From Zygnema circumcarinatum SAG 698-1b (lineage: Eukaryota; Plantae; Zygnematophyceae), in assembly GCA_037447605.1 (NCBI GenBank), contig CM074808.1, positions 4,030,001 through 4,094,000 on the forward strand: DNA of 64,000 nt, read 5' to 3'. Within the stretch, counting starts at the first letter, position 1. Every line of letters starts with the position of its first letter. A program made the translations under genes and the position numbers. Shown here piece after piece: positions 11,082-21,229 of the stretch. The notes beneath the pieces are model-generated. The model saw only the letters and a program-made list of their open reading frames with translations. It searched no databases and was not told the DNA's origin.

Positions 11082-14000
11082 ATGAGTTCTGACGAAGTGG
11101 ATGACGCTGTCAAACGAAAAGAGAAGGTCCTGAGACTCCTGGCAGGTGAGCAGAATGCTTGGCAATATACAGTAGTAGGTTTCAGAATGGCCTCAGCCAA
11201 GAATTTCAGACAATTTGACATTCTTTAATGGTATACCTTCCTTGGCGAGCGCTCGGGATGATGCCCTCCGCCTTCGAGAATGGCTTCATCAAAGCACATG
11301 TGGTGACTTGCTAATGCAGGCGTGGGTGAATCTCCTGCGCCAAAAATCAGCCAGAGGAGGATGACAAAAAAGAAGCGAAAGGAGGTGGAATCTGGGAAAG
11401 GGACCCTTCAGGATTACTACGACGTTTACGGCCCTAATGTAGGTTAATCCTCCTGCTTTTTAGGGCAGCAATTTTGTGTCACTGTGCTCACGGAACGATG
11501 GGAATGGATAAATTGTTACGAAGAATTCACCTTTTGGTTAGGCTTCTCGTTTCTCTGAATGGAAGGTTATGTGTTTCTCATTTGTTGGAGCTTCTTTTTC
11601 TTTTTTGTTATCCTGTTGTGGCAGGCTAGGGCCGAACTTGTCTTGCGAGCGCCAGACGACAAGTCGCGGCTGCTTCATCTCCATGTAATTTAATCATTTA
11701 TTTACAGAAAGCCCTCCGCCTCTGGAGTGATTGAAGCTTACGTCAATAGTGTTGCTATCTCAACCTGTTTCTGGCTCCTTAAGCAAAAAAATAGGATGCC
11801 ATGTAACCTTGAATCCAGCTAAAAGTTCAACAAGGAACTGACGGAACTGTGGAGGAGAAATGCAGGATGTGTCCGAATTGGTGAACTGGGTGCTCGGTAA
11901 TGGAACGAATTTGTCTTGGTGCTTCATTAAGGTAAATCTGCAGTTCTGGTCTGTCCGACAAGGATGAAAAGCAAGCAAAGATGATGGAATGAACATTTGA
12001 ACCTGCTAAAACTTTCGGTTTAGTTGAATTGAATCGCTTTGATAACTCTGATTTATGCCAATCGCCTTCGCCTATAGACGAGTCAATAACCAAATCTTCG
12101 TTTTGCTTGGGTTGGCAGAACAAGCCTCTAATTTCGAAGGTGGTGCTGCTTTTTTTACCTGGCTTGGGTTCAGCCCTCTTCCTTAGGCATCGGGAGCTGT
12201 TCCCTCACGTAACAAGTTGGTGTCGGGACCCTCGGACAGTGGCGGCAGTCAGGTTCTTCCAAGGGCTTTTTGGCACATCCTATTTTTGTAGACACGGCTG
12301 CATTCTGCAGACATTAAGCGAATCAACAATGTTTTCTAAGCAAACAGTCGCACAAAAGAGCGCTTTCCGAGATAAAAAGCATGTTCTGTTCATGTTCCCA
12401 CTTCATCTCCCTCTGTGTCCACATTCTACTCTTGTGGTGGTCTATTGTTTGATGGTCAGTCAGGTCTCCGCTTTCATGTGCATTGGTGCAGTCCTTCAAC
12501 CGACTCACCCCGCACAGCTCGGGCTCTACTCACGTGCTTTATGAAGTCTAAGCGGAAACTGGTGAGCACGCCTCACTTGTGTTTGATTTTGTCAGCCATG
12601 AGGAGGGTTGCTCTCAGTTCACTCGTCAACTCACATTCTGCTTTCCCACTTACAGTAGTTGAAAGATGCACTTCCAAAGGGTGCCACAACAACACCTCTT
12701 GGTCATCCCTCGCCGTTCATCTTCTCCCCCCCCCCCCCCCCCNNNNNNNNNNCCCCCCCCCCCCCCCCCTTTTCCATTTCCCCCCCATTCCCCGCCACTC
12801 CTCTCTCACTCTCTCCCCCTTCCTCGTTTGTCTCTCGTGTTTCTGCGTTATCTTCTTTTTATCTTTCTGTCTTTCGACCTTTCTTACCCCGCCTCTCACT
12901 CTATTTCTTCTCCTATTCCTTTCTATCCTTCAGTATTTCCTCCTTTTCCCTTCTCTGAAACTGCATGTGTTGGCTTAAACCCTAAGACGGGGACAATTCC
13001 TGCCATTACTGAACCCCAAACCTGGAAAAGCATCCTCATCTTTGGCTGTATCCCTAATGATGCAACGAAAACTGCCAATCTGCAGCCCAAAACCTTGCCC
13101 TCCCGTGCAACACTTAGTGGCTTTCAGCAACAGAACAAGCGCCGACGCTTACAAGACGTACCAAAACCCGCCCCATTGGACCCCGAGTCATCCGAAGAGG
13201 AAGGGGAGATTTCTGCAGAAGCTGAAAGCAGGGGGGCAAGTCCACCCAAGGGAGTTTCGGGAGAGGAGAGGGAGAATGCGAATGAAGGTGAAGGGGCAGA
13301 AAATGGCTCCAAGAAAGAGGGGCGAAATCCTCCGTTTCCGCCATCGCATTATGTGCTGACGGCGGAGCAAATGGCGGAGAGGGAGTATCCGCAGGCAGCG
13401 GTGGGCCCTGATGGCACCTCTCTCTCCTGCCCCCCAGGTCGGTCAGTTCGCCTTTTTAGAACCTCATCGTTTGTATGGAAAGTAATTCCATAGCAGCTTT
13501 TATGGGCTTGTGGACGCAATGTTCCATGCTTGAATAGACCCCTCAAATGCTTTTTTCTTTTTTTGTTGGTTGGTTTTCGTTGATTTTTCTAAGTGGTGGA
13601 CTGATTTTTCACAGAGATGCACGAGCTTGGGGTGCAGGGTTTGTCATGACGCAGCCATCAGCTTCCGGAGCAGAGGCTTTGGACATGGTGGCGGTTGACT
13701 GTGAGATGGTATGGGCAGCTTTTTCAAAAGCCTATATCAACTTAAGCTTTCCTTTGATTTGAAGCAAACTCCTGCAGAGCATATCCGAGCTTTCTGCACA
13801 AAGCATGTTGATTATCGCATTGGACAACACGTTCAGGACACAATGACCGGGACTGGAAAAGCATGCTGTACCTTGGGAGGGCTTGCTGGACGGAGACTTT
13901 TAGCAATTCAAAAGAGGATGTTCAGTATTACAGGCCAAGGAGGATTGATGCGAAGATTGAAACTGAACTGAAACTGAAACATGTTTCCGTGGATGCAGTG

Positions 14001-16129
14001 CTCAACAAGCGCTGGGTTGGAGCTGACACGTGTGACACTTGTCAGCAAGGCAGGGAAGGTCTGTTCCCGTCCTTCAAGTCTTTTGTGAGAGTATGGACGA
14101 TGTTTTGCCTTGGATAGGGTCTGTTGGTAGGTCGCCTGATATTCTGGAGCAGTTCACAAGGGAGTCCGTTGTGCAGGTTCTCTACGACAAATTGGTGCTG
14201 CCATCGAATCCCATTCTGAACTACAACACGAGGTACGGCTGTGATTATCAGTGATAGCGCTTCCGTTAGTCTTTCTAAGCGGAATTCAAGAGTTCAGTTT
14301 GGCTTGCTTGTCTGAAGCTGACCGGAACATTCTTGATGGGAGGGATCTATGCGAGTCTCCAGGTACAGCGGAATAACTGCAAAAATGCTCAAAGGGGTGA
14401 CGACGACTTTAGAGGACGTTCAGGTGAGAGCCGAACCCTATAGAACTGAACATTCCTGCACTCCCCACTCTTCATCTTTCTCCCCTCCTTTCTCCCCTCC
14501 TTTCTCCCCTCCTTTCCCCCCTCCTTTCCCCCCTCCTTTCTCCCCTCCTTTCTCCCCTCCTCTCTCCCCTCCTTTCCCCCCTCCTTTCCCCCCTCCTTCC
14601 TCCCCTCCTTCCTCCCCAAACTCTCCCTACTGAATTCCCAACAAACCCCACCTCACATTCTGAATCCCCTCCACTGTCGTTCCTATCCCCTCCTCGTCCT
14701 CATCCTCCTTCTTCGTCCTCTTCCTCTCCCTCTCCTACTCCACCCCCCCAGAGCGAGCTGCTGCAGATAGTCTCCGCGGAGACCATCCTTGTCGGCCATG
14801 CGCTGCAGAACGACCTCCGTGCCCTCCGCCTCGTGCACTGCCGCAACCTTGACACCGCCGCCGCGTTCCCCCACCCTCGGGGGCCGCCCTTCCGGCCCGC
14901 CCTCCGCGTGCTCGCCGCCGCCCTCCTCGACCGCGCCATTCAGGGCGGGGACAAGGGCCACGACAGCACGGAGGACGCACGCGCAGCCATGGATCTTGCT
15001 CTTCTCAAAATTCGCCATGGTCAGTGCACTTGCGGTTGGTTTGGTTTGGGTTGGTTTGGTTTGGTTTGGGTTGGGTTGGGTTGGTCTTGCAGGAGGTCTG
15101 GATAGGAGAGGTGGTGAATTCAGGGATGCTTATTATGGAGCAGGCGTGTTGTAGGTCCGTCGTTTGGAGAGCCAAAGCCGGCGGAAGGTGCGAACCTGCT
15201 CGCTCTGCTGCACGCACAGCAGCGGCGGTGCTCCCTCATAGACCGCCCGCGCATGCTGCACCGCTTTGCTACCGGGGCGGCTGCCGCATTGCCCTGCCAC
15301 TCGGACGCAGAGGTTGCGGGGAAGACTTGCCAAGAGGTGCCCCACGTGCCTTCATATGTGGGCATTCCGCAAACAAAAAAAAAGTAAAAAAAAAACGAAT
15401 GAAGTCTGAATCATCTCGAGTCTTGTATGGAGGTAGCCATTGGGATTCACTTTGGAGGGAGCTGCATCTGCCCTGTCATTTGGTGCGTGTGCTTAGGTGC
15501 GAGCAGGAAAAGCACAGTTTGTGTGGGCGCGCCTTGCGGATGTGGAGAGCTGCCAGGAGCGGCAAGCAGGGAGCGATGGCGATCTCGCAGCGCGGTCGGC
15601 AGCCATGGCCGCAGAGCTTACATGCGGGAAGGAGAGGGCGGAGGGGTCCGGCCCCATCCTGCCTCCTCTTAGCGATGCGCTGAGGGAGGCTCTGCAGAAT
15701 GCGGACGAGCGGATAGGGCAGATACATGCAGCTCTTCCTCCCAACACGATGCTCCTATTGGCCACTGGCCATGGGGACACACCGGCAGTGCGCAGGTAAG
15801 AAGCCCCCCCCTTCTTCCTGTTCGACCTCCTGCATTCGGCTCACAATGGCAGTATGAAAGGAGGCCCACAGCACCCCTCTTCTCCTGACCTTGGTAATGG
15901 CGGCAATCTCTTCATGACTGTGAGGTGGACCTGATAGTGGATGAAGCTTGCTGTGCCTGACTTCGATTGGCTTCATTATGGTCGCTGCAGGCTGCAGGAG
16001 ATGAAGTGGAAACGTGGGCAGGAAGGAGCGGGCGGTGCTGACAGCTGGGGCGAAGAGAATGAGCGGATACTTCACGGCTTTCACGCGCTGTCGAAGACGG
16101 GTCTCCTCTTTGCCACAGTGAAGACGTAG
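11082..16129 (+). CDS. SDN5: DEDDh 3'-5' exonuclease, small RNA degrading nuclease 5 / REXO-like
   Basis: N-terminal YYDVYGPN, ExoI MVAVDCEM, VLYDKLVLPSNPILNYNTRYSGIT, ExoII LVGHALQNDLRAL, ExoIII GHDSTEDARAAMDLALLKI; ends GLLFATVKT*. Confidence 0.85.
12743..12752. other. Assembly gap (10 N) inside a poly-C run
   Basis: Ns flanked by long C homopolymers, within an SDN5 intron. Confidence 0.95.
14476..14618. repeat. 12-bp pyrimidine minisatellite (CTTTC[T/C]CCCCTC), ~11-12 copies, intronic
   Basis: Directly visible tandem units in an SDN5 intron. Confidence 0.9.
15034..15085. repeat. (GGTTT/GGGTT)n pentamer microsatellite, intronic
   Basis: About 10 tandem units after the KIRH exon of SDN5. 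Confidence 0.9.
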
Positions 16130-16720
16130 GAGTGGAGGGGCGGTCCCTAGAGGTTGACGGGGGCGAGCCTGCTTGTGTCTAGGCATGCAGATTCTTCTCC
16201 GGGTTGAGTGGGTCCCGGGAGGGAGGGGAAGGCAGAGCTGCCGTTGGCCTTCTTCTGCAATGCTCTCATTCTCCTCGGGCCTTTCACTCCCATGCCTTTA
16301 TCTTCAATTAGCCGACGAATGTCCCACGTTTGGTGTTCTCTTGGCCTTGAGAATTGAGAAGCAGCAGGTCGACCTTGGAGAAGTTTCAGGGAAGGAAGCG
16401 AGCCTGGAGGAACATCATCATCTCGAGCAACGCGTGCTCACCGGAGTGATCCTTGACTTCGGTCACGTGCAGCTGACCGCGATGATGCAGCTTTGATGCA
16501 GTTGGTGTCGCGCACTGTCAAGAAATAGGCAGTTCTCTATCCAGATTTGGAGTTAAAGGTTGGGCTGTCGTGCAATTTACCCACACTTGTTTTCAGGAAA
16601 GTTTGCCTTTACGTAGGTCTTGTACGTGCAGTGCTATCCTCTGCGATGCGATGCTGCAATGCGCAACCGTTTGTATGGAGAGGATGAGAAGGTTCGTTTT
16701 GCACGAATCTGCCTTCAGCT

Positions 16721-17129
16721 GCCTTCAGCCTTCAGCCTTCAGCCTTCAGCCTTCATCCTTCAGCCTTCAGCCTTCAGCCTTCAGCCTTCAGCCTTCAGCC
16801 TTCAGCCTTCAGCCTTCAGCCTTCAGCCTTCATCCTTCAGCCTTCAGCCTTCAGCCTTCAGCCTTCAGCCTTCAGCCTTCAGCCTTCAGCCTTCAGCCTT
16901 CAGCCTTCAGCCTTCAGCCTTCAGCCTTCAGCCTTCAGCCTTCAGCCTTCAGCCTTCAGCCTTCAGCCTTCAGCCTTCAGCCTTCAGCCTTCAGCCTTCA
17001 GCCTTCAGCCTTCAGCCTTCAGCCTTCAGCCTTCAGCCTTCAGCCTTCAGCCTTCAGCCTTCAGCCTTCAGCCTTCAGCCTTCAGCCTTCAGCCTTCATC
17101 CTTCAGCCTTCAGCCTTCAGCCTTCAGCC
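16721..17129. repeat. Heptamer tandem array (GCCTTCA)n, ~58 copies
   Basis: Near-perfect array with three CCTTCAT variants. Confidence 0.97.
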
Positions 17130-18317
17130 CGTGGTCTTGTTGTGAATTTCAATGCATGGGCCAAAACTACTGCCAGTGCTCAAACTCACCCACGTTGTCG
17201 CCGAGCCATTAACCAGCCGACGCGAAATGTTATTTATGCATGGCGCATGGCGAGCAGCACGGCGGCCATGCCATGCCATGAGCCACGCCACGAACCGTGC
17301 GCGCTCGCCCTGTCTGACCGCCCGCCCGGCCCGGCCAATCTCTTTCGTACATCTGTACGGTCGGTCGCAAGTCACGCCGCCCGCGCGCGTGACATTACTC
17401 GTCGCTGACGTCACGCGATCTCCAGCCGTCCGCCCTGCCGGTCGCCGCGCCTGCCGCCCGGGCCGCCGCCTATCGTCGCCGGTCGACGGCCGGCCGTACG
17501 GCCCCCGCGCAGATCGTCCAGATCCGCATCCAACGGCCCCCGCCCCCTCCAGCGCGGCCGGCGGGCGGCAGCGGCCCGCCGGGCTGGCGGTCAATTCCGC
17601 GGCCTGTCCCCTCTGAGGGCGATGCGCGGCCCCTGCCTGCAGAACCGCACAAGCGACAAAGAATCATTGTTTTTTTGTGGCCGTCCGCGCTCCCACTTTC
17701 CAGCGCTGTCGGTTGTCGTCATCTGGCAGCTAACGGCCACCGCCCGGATGCTTCGTCGTGTAGCAGCCTGGTGACGTTCCACACATTAACTCGCACCGAC
17801 ACCATTCATTACAACCAGAAGCCTCGAATCGAACACAATCATCACTTATTTCGTCTCTAACCTAAAAGACAAGGATCTACTTTGTCGTCTTTCTTGCCCT
17901 TGACCTCGTCAACTCCGCGCACCGCCCAGCGTGCTTGTCAGGGAGCGCGGGCACAGTACGTCTTTTGGCGTGTTCGAAAGCGACTTCCGTCCGGGCGCGC
18001 TCGGCGGCGGCCCGTGAGCTGGCGCCCGCGCCGACCGCGCGCCGCGTGTCGGCGGGGGCGGCCGCGACCCGGCCCGCCCGCGCTCTAAGGCCGGGGTACC
18101 GCGCGCCCCCCCCCGCCTCGCCTCGCCCTCGCCCTCGCCCTCGCCCTCCGTGCACGCCCGCCCGCCTCTGGAGAGAGGGAGGGAGGGAGGGAGAGAGGGA
18201 GGCGGGAGGGAGGCGCTCTCCGCGTGAGTGTCCGCCACGGATGCATGCATGCATGTATGTGCATGGATGTCATGTCACGCAGGGCTCCCGGCTGTGGGAG
18301 GTGTAAAGCGGCCACAG

Positions 18318-18560
18318 CCGGGGGTGGGCCCCGGGATGGGGTGGGGGATGAGGGGGATAGGGGAGAGGTGGGGGAGGGAGGGGATGCGGAGGATGGGGGG
18401 GAGGGGGGAGAGGGGGGGGAGGGGGGGATGGGGGAAGGGGGGGATGGGGGATTGGGGATGGGGGGGTGGTGATTGGAGGGGGAGGGATGGAAGTGGGCAG
18501 AGACATACATGCGAGGATGGAAAAGGAAGTCGAGGGCGAAGGGAGGGGAGGGGAGGGGAA
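18318..18560. repeat. G-rich low-complexity tract (G-quadruplex-prone) upstream of ALOG
   Basis: Dense G4-G8 runs separated by A/AT. Confidence 0.8.
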
Positions 18561-18854
18561 GTGGCCTATTTGGGGAAGAAGCGAAGGGTTGCTGAATTTG
18601 GGAATTCAAAATAAAAGTAGGATTTAGAAGGGTTTAGAGGAAGGTGGGCTTCGAATTTAGTCTTTTGGAGAGAAAAATTATGTGCAAGAGGAGATACGCG
18701 CAGTGAACTGCTGTACGGACATGAGTCAGCCAAAGAAAGCATAGCAGCCGCGCAAGCGGAACGAGGTGGGAAGCTCATGATGCCCAAATTCCATGGCTCC
18801 TGTCCCGTGAAGGCTGACAGAATAAAGAGGCATGGGGCGTGCAGGCAGCGTGGA

Positions 18855-20441
18855 ATGCTGGGCGAGCTGCAGGGGACAGTCAAACTGGTCGATTTCCACA
18901 CGTGCCTGCTGGCGGGTGAGGCGTCGACTCAGTGTCTCCCTTAATTTCCATTTTTCCTCCTTTTTTGTTCCCTCCCTCCCTCCCTCCCTCCCTCCCTCCC
19001 GCCCTCCCTCCCTCCCTCCCTCCCTCCCTCCCTCCCTCCCTCCCTCCCTCCCTCCCTCCCTTCCTCCCCTCCCTCCCTTCCTCCCCTCCCTCCCTCCCTC
19101 CCTCCCTCCCTCCCTCCCTCCCTCCTCCCTCCCTCCCTCCCTCCCTCCCTCCCTCCTCCCTCCCTCCCTCTCCCTCCCTCCCTCCCTCCCTCCCTCCCTC
19201 CCTCCCTCCCCTGCCCAGGCCCTCCATGCCCTCCCTCCCCTCCCTCCCTTCCTCCCTCCCCTCCCTCCCCTCCCTCCCTTCCTCCCTCCCCTCCCTCAGA
19301 CCCCTGAAACCTTCTGCCCCTCCCGGTTGCAGGATCAAGCGCGGCTTGGAGCAGCAGCGGGGCGGCCCCTCCTTTGGAGGGCAGCGGCGACAGCGACGCC
19401 TCCGCCCTCCCCGATGGCCTCCGCCCCCCCCCCTCCTCCGCCTCCGCCTCCTCCTCCCTTTGGCCCATCGCCCACCTCCTCGCGGCCGGCTCCGACCTGC
19501 ACTCCCTCCTCGACGCCAACCCTGCGCTGTCCTGGCAGCAGCTGCTCGGCCTCGGGGAGGCGCGCTCCTCTCTCATGATCGCGCAGACGCAGGTCGGAAA
19601 CGCAGGGGACATTCCGACCATGGAAAGCTTTCCAGGGAGTTTCTATGACACGCAGTTGGAACTCGCAGAGGGGCTCCCCAGCGGTGAGATGCTGAGGGAG
19701 ACCTCCACTGGTCCAAGCTCTGATGCTGCCCCACCACCGGCAGCAGCAGCAGCAGCAGCAGCAGGAACAGGAGCAGGAGCAGCGCAGTCGTCGCTGCAGG
19801 CAGCCATGGCTAGTCTGGGAGATGGCCCTTCTCCAAGAGCTGCAGAACGCCAATCGAACTTCCCGACTGAATTCCTGGAGGCTCCCATACCTTCGCCTCT
19901 GAGTGGGGGCAGTGCGGGGGCGAGTGGGGACAGTCGCAGTGCAGCGGAGCCGAGCAGCACAAAGAACCCCTCCAGCCGCTACGAGCTGCAGAAGAAGCGC
20001 GACTGGAACACCTTCGGGCAGTACCTCAGCAACCAGCAGCCGCCCGTCACCATGGCGCGCTGCACCTCCCGCCATGTTGTCGAGTTTCTGCGCTACTTGG
20101 ATCAGTTCGGGAAGACGAAGGTGCACAACGAGGGGTGCCATTTCTATGGGTCCAACAGCCCCAACCCTTGCGGCTGCCCCATGCGGCAGGCGTGGGGCTC
20201 CCTTGACTCCCTCGTTGGGCGGCTTCGAGCGGCTTATGATGAGAACGGCGGCAGCCCCCAAAGCAATCCCTTTGGGGCGCAGGCGGTGCGTCTCTTCCTG
20301 CGGGAGACGAGGGACCATCAGGCGAAGGCGCGGGGCATCGCCTATGAGAAGAAGAAGCGGAAGAGGCCTCCTGCCGCGGGGGAGAGGGAGAAGGGCGGAG
20401 CGAGCGGAGGGGGGGGGCAGGGGGGGGGCAAGCAGCAGTAG
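18855..20441 (+). CDS. LSH: ALOG-domain (LSH/G1-like) transcription factor; start uncertain
   Basis: [18 protein letters not shown]...[84 protein letters not shown] is a complete ALOG domain plus NLS. A frame-compatible first exon (ATG 18855, donor ~18916, acceptor 19332) is inferred; the ORF-track start at 19374 is a TTG. Confidence 0.93.
18970..19297. repeat. (CCCT)n polypyrimidine/polypurine tract in the putative ALOG first intron
   Basis: About 330 bp of almost pure C/T on the plus strand. Confidence 0.95.
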
Positions 20442-21229
20442 CTTGCTCGACTGGAGGGAGGGAGGGAGGGAGGGCCGTCTGAGGGAGGGGGGAGGGGGCA
20501 CTACATGGGCACAACGCGATGCTGACACATTCCAACGTGCGATCCTACTACTAGTAATACTACTGCTACACGTGATAAACTGCTACCGACTGTACCATCA
20601 TCATCATCTACCGTACGTACGTATACACCCTATGCAGTGGAATGTGGAGCATCCGTTGTGGCGCATGTGGTGCCCGTCTGCGTCGAGGCCCCTGTACATG
20701 AGAGAGGGAGGGAGGGAGGGAGGGAAAGAGCAGCCGGCCCTTGTGTTTGGCTCGGTTGGGCTGCGGAGGGGAGGAGGGCTAAGCTCAGGTCCAGCCGGCA
20801 GAGAGAGTATGCCTTATATTTTTTTCAATTTTATTTCATTCCATTTTATTTCATCCTATTGGGACGCTGGACCCTTCTCCCAGAAGCGCGGGAGATAATC
20901 ACTGAAAGCTGCTGGTTCCTATTGGCGGGACTGCGCGTGGCCATGTGATATTTGAAGTGGATATAGTGCCATGCAAAAGGGGTAACATGACCAAACACAC
21001 TTGCAGGTGATGTTGGGAGTGTGCTATTTAGTGATAATGCGTGATGTTAACATGATATAATGCAAAGCTGTTTGGATTGTCTGGCGACAATAATGAGTGA
21101 ATAACAACTTGAACAGAGTGGAAAAAAGCGACAACATAGAAGTGTCGACAAGTAGCCACTACAAATGCCCCGTCGATGCCTTTCCTGGGTCCTTCCCTCT
21201 GCTGGCGAATCCCCAGAAATAGAGCCGTC

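Noticed and set aside
12725-12770. Poly-Pro ORFs across poly-C/N stretches (also 41947-41993)
   Set aside because: These are assembly gaps in homopolymers; the true length and sequence are unknown.
16570-17408. Long ORFs with FSLQPSA repeats (191 and 262 aa)
   Set aside because: Artefact of a stop-free heptamer array; there is no coding signal in the flanks.
18832-19648. Pro/Ser-rich and Gly/Arg/Glu-rich ORFs on both strands
   Set aside because: These are translations of the (CCCT)n tract and alternative frames of ALOG.
20506-20529. Similarity (WAQRDA) between the ALOG 3' flank and the TXNL4B uORF
   Set aside because: About 18/24 nt identity over a very short span; compatible with chance.
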